Shown one piece after another: positions 1-7,925 of a stretch of DNA of 50,660 nucleotides. The notes under the pieces are model-generated. The model ran no database searches. It was not told the origin of the DNA and worked only from the letters and a program-made list of their open reading frames with translations. How positions within the stretch are numbered: position 1 is the first letter of the stretch; each line of letters begins with the position of its first letter. Source of the stretch: Patescibacteria group bacterium (GTDB lineage Bacteria > Patescibacteriota > Minisyncoccia > Phycocordibacterales > CAIZLB01); contig JAUPUG010000018.1 of NCBI GenBank assembly GCA_030917685.1, forward strand, positions 1-50,660. The letters run 5' to 3'. The position numbers were made by a program, and so were the translations under genes.

Positions 1-63
1 GTTTTATTATGACGAAAGCGACCAATTCAATTAGACGATCCAGCCTTATAGCCAGTCGTCAAC

Positions 64-99
64 AGCCCCTTTGCCTACAAGCAAGGGGCTCGAATTTTT
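64..99 (+). terminator. Hairpin plus T-run (possible terminator of a plus-strand gene left of the window, convergent with smc)
   Basis: AGCCCCTTTGC ctaca GCAAGGGGCT followed by cgaaTTTTT. Confidence 0.4.
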
Positions 100-124
100 A
101 CACACTTCTCTATCTTTATCTTTT

Positions 125-2653
125 TTACTTCGCCACAGCAACAGCCTCATCAAATGCGATAGACAAAAGCTTTGAATATCCTTCACCACCCATAGTTACT
201 CCATAAATTACTCCAGCTCGAGACATCGTCTCTCGGTTGTGAGTAATCAAAATAAGCTGTGAATGCTGCGAAAGCGCTTCAATCATATCTCCATACTTTT
301 TAGAGTTGGCTTCATCGAGTGCAGCGTCAGTTTCATCAAGGATAACGAATGGCGGTGGATTCACCTGTGACATAGCAAATAGAAGTGCTATAGAAGTAAG
401 TGCTCTTTCACCTCCTGAGAGCATTGTAAGGCCTTTAATACGCTTATGGGGCAAAGATACATGAATATCAATTCCCTCCTCAACTGGCTCAGCATCCATA
501 GCGGCTTCGAGTGCACCAGCATCTTTACTACTTGCCATTGCTTCCGACAAATCATCTAGCCCATCGTCTCCACCTTTTCGCTTTCGTCGCTTTTCCTCTT
601 TTACAAGTTTAAGTTCAGCAGAACCGCCTCCAAACATTAATCCAAAAAACTTATTGAACTCTTTGTTTATTTTCCCAATACCCTCTTTAAATAATTCATC
701 AAGCTTAGCATTAAGCTCTGTAATCAACGTTTTGAGAGCATCAGATGACGTAGCAAGATCTACCAACTCTTTTGCGAGAAATGCATCACGATCTTCTGCA
801 TCTTTATACTCTCTCATCACTTCATCTCCTCCACCTCCCCCCATTTCTTCAAGTCGGATTTTATTTTTTTCAATTTGTCGTCGTCGGTCAAGTTGTGCCT
901 GTCTTGGTTCATTAGTATCTACTGTATTTACATTCATCGCACTAGTTGCACCACTATTTACACCTCCATCCACATGAGCAGCTAAATCATATGCTTCATA
1001 GTGCACAGCTTCTCTTCCAACAAGCATTCCAGCCTCTTGTATTTCTCTTTTGAAATCTTCTTCTTCAACTCGAAGCCGTTCTTCTTTAGCTTTAATTATC
1101 TCAATTTGGCTATGCAATTCATTCTGCTTAGACATTATTCGAAGCACCGCTTTCTCACTCTCAACATTTTTATCTTTCTCTTTATCAATCTCAAGTTTAA
1201 TATCAGAATATCTTTTTGCCTGATCTTGCTCTTCAGTTGAAAAAGAACCGAGCTTTACTTCAAGGAGTTTCATTTCTTCTCCGATTCGCTCAATTTCAGA
1301 TTCTTCGTATTCTACTGGGTTTGAAGAGGTACCCTCAGCTTCTGATACTGTGCCAGACGAGTCAGCGACTCCCACACCACCATGCTTATGGTATTGAACA
1401 AATGCATGCAAAGTTTCTTTTATTTCACCAAGTAAGGTTCGAGCAGTATCAATCCGTGCCTCTACAGCAACTCCATCAAAGTCACCTGAGCCCGCAAGAG
1501 ATTCAACAGCAACCGCAACTTTTATTTCTACATCTTTTGTAACAGATTCAACCTCACGAAGATACACTTGTTTTGTATCAATAGCTGGTGTTTCAGTCGC
1601 TTCTTTGAGTTTCTTATCTATTACACGCTTCAAATATGAAATTTCACCTTCAAGTCTACCGATTTCTCGCACACACAAATCCTTCTTTTTTCGAGTTTCC
1701 TGAATCTCAGATTCAAGTGCAAAGAGTTCACTACTTTTGCCACCCATACCGTTGTTTTCAAGACTCTGTTTTGCAGCGTCAAGAATACTCTTGTGGTGTG
1801 AAAGCTCCTTTTGCAATTCATGTAATTCTTCGGTTGGAGCATGTCGAAGTGTGGCGAGTCTTGTCTTCTCACTCACAAGGTAGGCATTTTCACGCGCAAA
1901 ATATTCTCGGTACAGACCAGTAAGTTCACCACGGAGCGCTACAGATTTTTCTATTTTTTCTACTTGCTTACGCAAAAATTTTATATGAGGCGCAATCTCA
2001 CGTCGAGGTGATTGTATTTGGTTCATATGTACAGCTGTTTTTTCAAGCTTCTTTTCACTTTCATCTTTTTTGTACTGATACACCTTAAGTCCGAGTGCGT
2101 CTTCTATCATTTCTCTTCGCTCACGAGGAATAGCAGACAAAAGCCGATCAGCTTCTCCTTGTGAAATAATATGATGTCCAGACGAGCCTATATTTGCATG
2201 CGCTAAAAGTTCTGCAACATCTTTGAGTCGCACTGATGTTCCGTTTATAAAATATTCGTTTACGCTGTCTCGATGCACCACACGTTCAATTGATACTTCA
2301 TCAAAATCAATATTGAACATTCTGTTTGTATTATCAAATACTACTTTTACAGATGCTCGGTTTGCGCGCGCACTATCCTTTCCGCCATTAAAAATGAGGT
2401 CTTCACCTTTCTTACCACGCATAGACTTTATTGACTGCTCTCCGAGCACAAAACGAAAAGACTCCGCCACGTTTGATTTTCCAGAACCGTTTGGACCTAC
2501 GATAGAGGTAATTGCAGAATTAAATACGAGAGATCCTTTTTTTGCAAAAGACTTAAAGCCATTTATTTCCAACGATTTGAGACGTGAAATAGAGTTATGA
2601 GCCGAGCTTGATGTGGCACCATGTGAAGAATGTGGGTCGCTAGACATACCCAT
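125..2653 (-). CDS. smc: SMC-family chromosome partition ATPase, unusually short (842 aa)
   Basis: N-terminal Walker A GPNGSGKSN and SMC head motif FRFVLGEQSIKSMRG. Long charged heptad-like middle. C-terminal LSGGE signature and Walker B FVILDETDAALD. Directly downstream of rnc, the rnc-smc order seen in Bacillus. ATG at 2647 is an alternative start. Confidence 0.85.
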   Translation of the reverse strand: MGMSSDPHSSHGATSSSAHNSISRLKSLEINGFKSFAKKGSLVFNSAITSIVGPNGSGKSNVAESFRFVLGEQSIKSMRGKKGEDLIFNGGKDSARANRASVKVVFDNTNRMFNIDFDEVSIERVVHRDSVNEYFINGTSVRLKDVAELLAHANIGSSGHHIISQGEADRLLSAIPRERREMIEDALGLKVYQYKKDESEKKLEKTAVHMNQIQSPRREIAPHIKFLRKQVEKIEKSVALRGELTGLYREYFARENAYLVSEKTRLATLRHAPTEELHELQKELSHHKSILDAAKQSLENNGMGGKSSELFALESEIQETRKKKDLCVREIGRLEGEISYLKRVIDKKLKEATETPAIDTKQVYLREVESVTKDVEIKVAVAVESLAGSGDFDGVAVEARIDTARTLLGEIKETLHAFVQYHKHGGVGVADSSGTVSEAEGTSSNPVEYEESEIERIGEEMKLLEVKLGSFSTEEQDQAKRYSDIKLEIDKEKDKNVESEKAVLRIMSKQNELHSQIEIIKAKEERLRVEEEDFKREIQEAGMLVGREAVHYEAYDLAAHVDGGVNSGATSAMNVNTVDTNEPRQAQLDRRRQIEKNKIRLEEMGGGGGDEVMREYKDAEDRDAFLAKELVDLATSSDALKTLITELNAKLDELFKEGIGKINKEFNKFFGLMFGGGSAELKLVKEEKRRKRKGGDDGLDDLSEAMASSKDAGALEAAMDAEPVEEGIDIHVSLPHKRIKGLTMLSGGERALTSIALLFAMSQVNPPPFVILDETDAALDEANSKKYGDMIEALSQHSQLILITHNRETMSRAGVIYGVTMGGEGYSKLLSIAFDEAVAVAK

Positions 2654-2742
2654 ATACTATATCAAATTTTCATCAAAAAAACCTCAATAAAATATGGCGA
2701 AATGAGGATAAAAGACCAATAAACTCAATCAGACGAGCCCAA

Positions 2743-3429
2743 TTACCAACCTTTCTGCTTCAAAGCCTTTTCAGCCGCATCCTGTTCTGCCTCTTGCTTT
2801 GACTTCCCTTCTCCCATTACGATCATTTCTTCCCGTAGAAATACACCAACAGTAAATACCTTGTTGTGGTCTGGACCGCTTTCCTTTAGTAACTTGTATA
2901 ACGGTGTTGCGCCAACTTTTTCCTGCGCCTCCTCTTGGAATCTACTTTTAGCATCAATGAAACTTCTATTCTCAACAATTCCATCAATTAATCCAAACAA
3001 TTGGTCAGCGATAAACTTCGCAGCCATATCATAACCTTGATCAATATATAATGCACCAACGAGAGATTCAAATGTGTTAGCGAGAATTACCTGTCGGGCT
3101 CTTCCTGTATCCTTTGATTCGCCTTTAGACAAAAGCAAGAATGAGTTCATACCAATCTTTTCTGCGGAGCCCGCGAGAGTCACTGAATTTACGAGAGATG
3201 AACGATATGCAGTCAATTCACCTTCATCTTTTTCTGGGTATTTTTTATACAAATAATCAGTAATAACAAGCTCAAGTACGGCATCACCCAAGAACTCAAG
3301 TCGTTCATTGTGCTCGAGCTTTATTGACCGGTTTTCGTTGAGGTAAGAACGGTGAATAAACGCCTGTTTGAGCAGTTCTTTGTTCTTAAATTCTATACCG
3401 ATGCTTGTTTCGAATACTCCAAAATCCAT
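2743..3429 (-). CDS. rnc: Ribonuclease III
   Basis: RNase III signature ERLEFLGDAVLE. C-terminal dsRNA-binding-like segment (GPDHNKVFTVGV...GKSKQEAEQDAAEKAL). Typical length of 228 aa. Confidence 0.95.
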   Translation of the reverse strand: MDFGVFETSIGIEFKNKELLKQAFIHRSYLNENRSIKLEHNERLEFLGDAVLELVITDYLYKKYPEKDEGELTAYRSSLVNSVTLAGSAEKIGMNSFLLLSKGESKDTGRARQVILANTFESLVGALYIDQGYDMAAKFIADQLFGLIDGIVENRSFIDAKSRFQEEAQEKVGATPLYKLLKESGPDHNKVFTVGVFLREEMIVMGEGKSKQEAEQDAAEKALKQKGW

Positions 3430-3440
3430 AATAGTTAGGG

Positions 3441-4361
3441 CTACGATACCACATTTTGCCGTTTTAACAAGATTTGGATAGCCTTGGTCACTATTGGCAA
3501 AATATCATCATAAAAATTGAGGGTGAGAATATCTTTTACATTAAACCACTTAGCATCAGTCAAACCACCACTAGTTCCAAGCGTAAGTGGTGTATATTCT
3601 GCTTTACCAAGAAAATACGCTACTTGTTTTCGCAACTTTCCCTCTTCTGGATGTGAAGCTATGTACTCATTGTTTGCAAGCTCGTCTTCTATGACAATAT
3701 CAATACCCATCTCTTCTTTTATTTCTCGAATCACACCTTCTTTTACAGACTCGCCAGCTTCAAGTTTCCCTTTTGACAAAGTCCAATGACCGAACACATC
3801 GTGTACGAGAGCAAGATACATTTCACCTTCGTGGAAAGCATAGACAACAGCACCACCTAGAACTTTGATGGGCATTTCTTCATATGGAACTTCTTTTTTC
3901 TTTTCTTTCTCTTTTCGAGTAGATATTTCTTCTTTTCCAGGTTCACCCATCTCTTTATACACAGCACCAAGCACCCCGTTTACAAATTTTCCAGATGTTT
4001 CCCCACCAAATGATTTTGCAAGTTCAATTGCTTCATTAATCGCCACCTTTGCAGGTACTTCTTTTCTATCTCCAAAAATGAGCTCAAAGAGACCGATTCG
4101 TAGTACATTTCTATCCACCATAGCTATTTTGTCTATAGGCCATTCTGGGGCTGCTTTTTCAATAATAGTATCAATATCCTTTCTTTTCTTAAGGACACCA
4201 TCAGCCAGGTTTTTTACAAATGAAAAATCACCCATACCAGGCGCAAATTCATCAACATGCCGGTGAAGTATTTCTTCTATTGTGTTGTCGGGAGCACTAC
4301 GAAAGTCTCGCTCGAAGAGTGATTGGAGAACTATTGATCTAGATAAGTGCCGATTTGCCAT
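3441..4361 (-). CDS. nusB: NusB antitermination factor fused to a C-terminal Nudix hydrolase domain
   Basis: N-terminal half is NusB-like (SRSIVLQSLFERDF, AINEAIELAKSFGGETSGKFVNGVLG). A Lys/Glu-rich linker follows. The C-terminal half carries the Nudix box GKLEAGESVKEGVIREIKEEMGI (about nt 3700-3775). The ORF track opens at TTG 4370; the first ATG is at 4361. Confidence 0.8.
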   Translation of the reverse strand: MANRHLSRSIVLQSLFERDFRSAPDNTIEEILHRHVDEFAPGMGDFSFVKNLADGVLKKRKDIDTIIEKAAPEWPIDKIAMVDRNVLRIGLFELIFGDRKEVPAKVAINEAIELAKSFGGETSGKFVNGVLGAVYKEMGEPGKEEISTRKEKEKKKEVPYEEMPIKVLGGAVVYAFHEGEMYLALVHDVFGHWTLSKGKLEAGESVKEGVIREIKEEMGIDIVIEDELANNEYIASHPEEGKLRKQVAYFLGKAEYTPLTLGTSGGLTDAKWFNVKDILTLNFYDDILPIVTKAIQILLKRQNVVS

Positions 4362-4444
4362 AAGGTACAATTGTGTTTAGTGCGATGAGTATGAGCAAGT
4401 ATGCGATGGAACGCAGTACTATGAATAAATCTGATTCGAATTTA

Positions 4445-4473
4445 ATTATAGGATAGGATGCCACAAATAGCAA
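4445..4473 (-). promoter_or_regulatory. Promoter TTGCTA-17-TATAAT upstream of nusB fusion gene
   Basis: Read on the minus strand, between the terminator at 4498..4531 and the nusB start. Confidence 0.5.
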
Positions 4474-4497
4474 ATCAATCACTTGAATTCTACAAAC

Positions 4498-4531
4498 AAA
4501 AAAGCCCCACACTTTCATGTAGGGCTTTTTT
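4498..4531 (-). terminator. Rho-independent terminator after surface-protein gene (bidirectional shape)
   Basis: AAAAAAGCCCCACA ctttca TGTAGGGCTTTTTT. The roughly 10-bp stem has one mismatch and A/T runs on both sides. Confidence 0.7.
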
Positions 4532-4583
4532 GTAATGTTGTGTCTCAAGTATCCAAAGGATACACACGCTGAGTAGTCGATGC

Positions 4584-5921
4584 TTACCCAATAATCCCCT
4601 TCTTCTGCATGTTAGCAAGCTTGAAGGCATTGATTTTGTTAGCAAAGGCACCATTCTTCTTTCGTGAGATCATGTATGCTGCGAATATACTCCAGAGCAC
4701 TAGACCTACTGAGAAGAGAGTCATCTTGAGACCGAATCCTACACCTGTAGCTGGAACCTGTGAGAGGAATACTCCTGACACTGGTGTTCCAAGGTTTTGA
4801 TCTCGAATAACTGTTACGTTAGACTGATTTGCAAGTACACCATTGATGTTTGTATTACATGTTGCAGTAATTGACTGACCATTTCCATACATAGTTACAG
4901 TAGCAGTCTTGTATCCAGGTGTGTTGTATGACCGTGAGATTGACTGACCGTTTCCATAGAGGTTATCAGAACCTGTCCATGAATATGAGTAACTTCCGTA
5001 GTATCCGTTTGTATTGTTTACATAAGCTGTCCAAGTAACGTTCTGGTTGATACCAGCGTTTGTTGGGTTAGCTACACAGTACGCACCAGAGACAACAGCA
5101 GTATCCTGAATATTTACTCCACAAGTTCGTGTAATAGAGTCAGAACCAGATCGGATAGTAACTGTAGCTGTCTTGTATCCAGAGTATGAATATCGTCCAG
5201 TAAAGTTCTGAGCATTTGAGTTAATACCATTGTCTCCTGTCCATGAGTATGAGTAACTTCCGTTACCACCTGATGCAGATGCAGAGAATGAAATATCCTG
5301 GTTTATATATCCAACTGTTGGACTAATAACACAATTACCATTGAGTGCTGGTGTTGGGGCTGGAGTATTTGTACCAGTTCCACCTCCATACACAATCAAG
5401 TTGATTCGTGCATCGTTGTTGTTGATGTTTGTCGGGTTGAATGTATTACTTACGTTGTTATTGTTCTCGTTTGCATTAGCATTCGCATTGTTGTTTGTAT
5501 TTGAACTATACACGTATTGCATCTGTGGAGCAGATGATCCACCGCTTGTACCACCTCGTGATGGAGTGTTGTATACATAGTCGTATACAGGTGAAGGAGT
5601 GTATGAGTATCCACCACCTCCGTAAGAAGGTGTTGAATATCCACCATAGTAAGAAGGAGTTGAGTTATATCCATAATCATTATAACCGTAGTCATAATCA
5701 CCACTGTATCCAGAATAACCATAGTCGTAGTCACCACTATAGCCTGAATTACCGTAGTCATAATCACCACTGTAACCTGAACTGAAGTCGCCCCAATAGC
5801 CGTCTGTACTCGCACTAGCGAAATATGCAGGGGTTAAAAGAACCGCAAACGCAAGGAAAGCTGTTAATATAGCCTTATTTATAATATTCTTCTGGTTTTT
5901 TGGGTTATTAATGATTTTCAT
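4584..5921 (-). CDS. Cell-surface protein: signal/TM N-terminus, GYSGDYDYG repeats, Asn-rich linker, two PKD-like domains, C-terminal VPATG-TM-RKK module
   Basis: N-terminal hydrophobic segment AILTAFLAFAVLLTPAYFASA. Two repeats resemble PKD domains (FSASASGGNGSYSYSWTGDNG / GSYSYSWTGSDN). C-terminus reads SQVPATG, then a 25-aa hydrophobic stretch, then SRKK. Paralogous to the C-terminus of 45637..46938. Confidence 0.8.
   Translation of the reverse strand: MKIINNPKNQKNIINKAILTAFLAFAVLLTPAYFASASTDGYWGDFSSGYSGDYDYGNSGYSGDYDYGYSGYSGDYDYGYNDYGYNSTPSYYGGYSTPSYGGGGYSYTPSPVYDYVYNTPSRGGTSGGSSAPQMQYVYSSNTNNNANANANENNNNVSNTFNPTNINNNDARINLIVYGGGTGTNTPAPTPALNGNCVISPTVGYINQDISFSASASGGNGSYSYSWTGDNGINSNAQNFTGRYSYSGYKTATVTIRSGSDSITRTCGVNIQDTAVVSGAYCVANPTNAGINQNVTWTAYVNNTNGYYGSYSYSWTGSDNLYGNGQSISRSYNTPGYKTATVTMYGNGQSITATCNTNINGVLANQSNVTVIRDQNLGTPVSGVFLSQVPATGVGFGLKMTLFSVGLVLWSIFAAYMISRKKNGAFANKINAFKLANMQKKGIIG
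5686..5784 (-). repeat. Three tandem 33-nt repeats encoding SGYSGDYDYG(N/Y)
   Basis: The unit ccgtagtcataatcaccactgta.cc.ga... recurs three times in frame within the surface-protein gene. Confidence 0.8.
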
Positions 5922-5930
5922 ATGTTTATA

Positions 5931-5958
5931 ATTATATACTATTTAATAAATATGTCAA
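5931..5958 (-). promoter_or_regulatory. Promoter TTGACA-16-TATAAT, -10 box 9 nt from ATG (leaderless layout)
   Basis: Minus strand reads TTGACA (5958-5953), TATAAT (5936-5931), then 9 nt, then the ATG at 5921. Confidence 0.65.
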
Positions 5959-6022
5959 TAGATGTATTGCTAAATCAGATTCATATTGTCTTGTATGTCG
6001 AGCCTACTATTACATAGTCTAC

Positions 6023-6051
6023 TTGACTTGTCAAGCCAATTGAGGTATAAT
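6023..6051 (+). promoter_or_regulatory. Promoter TTGACT-17-TATAAT for YkuD gene
   Basis: TTGACT at 6023-6028, a 17-nt spacer, TATAAT at 6046-6051. The ATG at 6116 leaves a C/A-rich leader of about 58 nt without an SD. Confidence 0.65.
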
Positions 6052-6115
6052 GTATACGTTCAATTCAGACATCACCCACCACCCCGCACAACAATACCCT
6101 CAATCAGATCACACC

Positions 6116-6919
6116 ATGAACACCAAAGTTCTTCACATCATCGCCCTTTTCGTCACGCTTCAACTCGCGACGGCAATGGCGCAATCCCAGGTAGTCCCGA
6201 AGGCTACCAACAAGGCTGTTTTCATCGATTTCACTACTCAGACAGCAGTGCTCGCTGAAATCCGCCCTGGACCATCTCCTGATGGCAAACAAGTCGTCAG
6301 GACGATGAAAATCTCCAGCGGACGCTTCGGTATGGATACCCCTCCATCTCCGCCAGACGGCTGGCTCATTGGAGAGAAATATCCGAAGCGTTGGTCCACA
6401 AAATACGGATGCTGGATGCCCCACGCTGTCAACCTCGGAATTAAAAACTCCGCAGGTCAAGATGACGGCGATTACGCACATGAAGGAAGAGTCCCAAATG
6501 GTGGCTATGCAGCCTCTCACGGATGCCTGCGACTGCAGACAAAGGATGCTCCATTTTTCTACCAATGGGTCGAAACAGGAGTGACCCGAGTCTTCACGAC
6601 CGGCTCCGCCAGGGAATACCTCGAGAAAAACTTCGACGGGTGGAAACTGCTGGAGTTTAATCTTGATGGCAGCATTAAGGGTTTCATCCGAAATCCCGAC
6701 GGCACCCTCACTGACGCCTTCATGGATTATGCCCGCAAAGGTAAAATCGATGTCAACAGGCAGGATGCGAATGGAAACATCGTTTCTGCCGACAAAGGCG
6801 TTATGGGATTCGAGTTCTTCGACAAGCCATGGAAACAAGGCGTGCCAAAAGCAGAATTCGAGAAAGCCCAGATGGCAACCTTCAAGAAAGCCTTCGGACC
6901 GCTCTACCAAGGGCAGTAA
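6116..6919 (+). CDS. L,D-transpeptidase (YkuD) domain protein with signal peptide
   Basis: YkuD catalytic motif HEG...ASHGCLRLQTKDA...V..GVTRV. Signal-like N-terminus MNTKVLHIIALFVTLQLATAMA. The ORF-track start at 6050 overlaps the -10 box, so the ATG at 6116 is preferred. High-GC segment. Confidence 0.7.
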   Translation: MNTKVLHIIALFVTLQLATAMAQSQVVPKATNKAVFIDFTTQTAVLAEIRPGPSPDGKQVVRTMKISSGRFGMDTPPSPPDGWLIGEKYPKRWSTKYGCWMPHAVNLGIKNSAGQDDGDYAHEGRVPNGGYAASHGCLRLQTKDAPFFYQWVETGVTRVFTTGSAREYLEKNFDGWKLLEFNLDGSIKGFIRNPDGTLTDAFMDYARKGKIDVNRQDANGNIVSADKGVMGFEFFDKPWKQGVPKAEFEKAQMATFKKAFGPLYQGQ

Positions 6920-6939
6920 CCTCTTTATGAGGATCACAA

Positions 6940-6973
6940 ATGCCGCAACCCCACCATAGGTTGCGGCATTTTT
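6940..6973 (+). terminator. Rho-independent terminator after YkuD gene
   Basis: ATGCCGCAACC ccaccata GGTTGCGGCAT followed by TTTT. Confidence 0.8.
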
Positions 6974-7057
6974 ACGTGTAAAATTTTTGAGTCATCTAGA
7001 TAACTAATCTATAAAATATAAGTTAATGTGCGGGCGACCAATAGATAAAAATGGGAA

Positions 7058-7101
7058 TAAAAAAAACTCCGCGCTACGATTTTCACGTAGACACGGAGGT
7101 T
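7058..7101 (-). terminator. Rho-independent terminator after 7121..7651
   Basis: Minus strand reads AACCTCCGTGTCTACG tgaaaat CGTAGCGCGGAGTT followed by TTTTTT. Confidence 0.65.
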
Positions 7102-7120
7102 CGAGGATATCGAACAGTTT

Positions 7121-7651
7121 TTAACGACGGGCATGACCTTGTTGAAGGCCCGCCAGAACGTCAGCCGGAATGGTTGGGTCTGGATTCCAAGGGGCTTGTG
7201 GGTCCCCGTAGAATTTAGCCTTTTGTCCGTTGCGAACCCAGATCGGATTGACACCCGAGCGGAATTTTGCTTGGACTGCTGGCGGCCAGTTTTCGAAGCC
7301 GTCTGGCATGATCCTGGTCACTTTGGGCGATGAGACTTTCATCGCATCGGCAAAGTTAGCAGGCATGGCGAGAGGTTCGTGACCAGAGGCTGAAGCTTGC
7401 GAGCCAGCACTCCGATCTCCACCGTGACCCAGATTCCATCCCTGCGAAGGGGTGAAACTGGACCGGGGGGAACAGCCTGACATGCCGAGGATCAGCAAGA
7501 CTGTCAGGACAACTGCCAGAACTGCAAGGCAGATCCAGCCGATGTTGATCGCCCACTTCTTGGCGTCAAAGCCAGTAGTAGGCGCTGCGGTGGTGCAGGT
7601 TGCAGGGGCGGCAGCAGGAGCTGCGGTGGGGAGGAGGGCGGGTGTGCTCAT
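7121..7651 (-). CDS. Hypothetical exported or lipoprotein-like protein (Pro/Ala/Thr-rich N-terminus, one TM ending LILGMSGC)
   Basis: Longest ORF in a 55-60% GC segment. It is framed by a consensus promoter (7729..7757) and a hairpin/T-run terminator (7058..7101) in the correct orientation. The track start at 7738 lies inside the -10 box, so the ATG at 7651 is preferred. No family motif recognised. Confidence 0.55.
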   Translation of the reverse strand: MSTPALLPTAAPAAAPATCTTAAPTTGFDAKKWAINIGWICLAVLAVVLTVLLILGMSGCSPRSSFTPSQGWNLGHGGDRSAGSQASASGHEPLAMPANFADAMKVSSPKVTRIMPDGFENWPPAVQAKFRSGVNPIWVRNGQKAKFYGDPQAPWNPDPTIPADVLAGLQQGHARR

Positions 7652-7728
7652 GGGGTGCGGATGTTTGGGGGTTTTGATTTGGAACTGAAAGGTGCAATGT
7701 TCAGAGTGAGGATCACTTGAACATACAT

Positions 7729-7757
7729 ATACTATCACAGTATATATTTAATGTCAA
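7729..7757 (-). promoter_or_regulatory. Promoter TTGACA-17-TAGTAT for 7121..7651
   Basis: Minus strand reads TTGACA (7757-7752), a 17-nt spacer, then TAGTAT (7734-7729). Confidence 0.6.
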
Positions 7758-7925
7758 GTAGCTTAATTTGACCTATTTTAACAGAGTAAGACTGACAAGA
7801 TTCCTATTTATTGACCCCTGGTAAAAAACATCAAAGCAAAAACCCTTCAGATTTCTCCTCAGGGTATTGCACGAATTCTTTAATTTGGTTTTAACTTAGA
7901 GTACGACTGACGCTTCATATGAACA

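Noticed and set aside
654-2600. Several plus-strand ORFs (654..977, 1001..1240, 1216..1542, 1636..1923, 2223..2600) antisense to smc.
   Set aside because: They lie entirely within a motif-supported SMC gene. Their translations are low-complexity S/L/F-rich mirror sequences with no start signals.
4339-4548. 69-aa minus-strand ORF in the nusB upstream intergenic region.
   Set aside because: It spans a terminator hairpin (4498..4531) and the predicted nusB promoter, and it overlaps the nusB start. It is most likely non-coding.
5450-5815. Long ORFs in alternative frames and strands (5450..5815 minus, 5495..5785 plus, 5341..5580 plus) within the surface-protein gene.
   Set aside because: They are artefacts of the tandem GYSGDYDYG and Asn-rich repeats. 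The annotated frame is the only one with a signal peptide, PKD-like repeats and the C-terminal module.
6104-6937. 277-aa minus-strand ORF covering the YkuD gene.
   Set aside because: High-GC DNA yields long antisense ORFs. The plus frame carries the SHGCLRL catalytic motif and a signal peptide, and it has a promoter and terminator in the right orientation.
7085-7112. GGTTCGA-like string (cggaggttcgaggatatcgaac) that could hint at a tRNA T-arm.
   Set aside because: No acceptor, D or anticodon stems can be drawn around it. It forms the 3' side of the terminator hairpin at 7058..7101.
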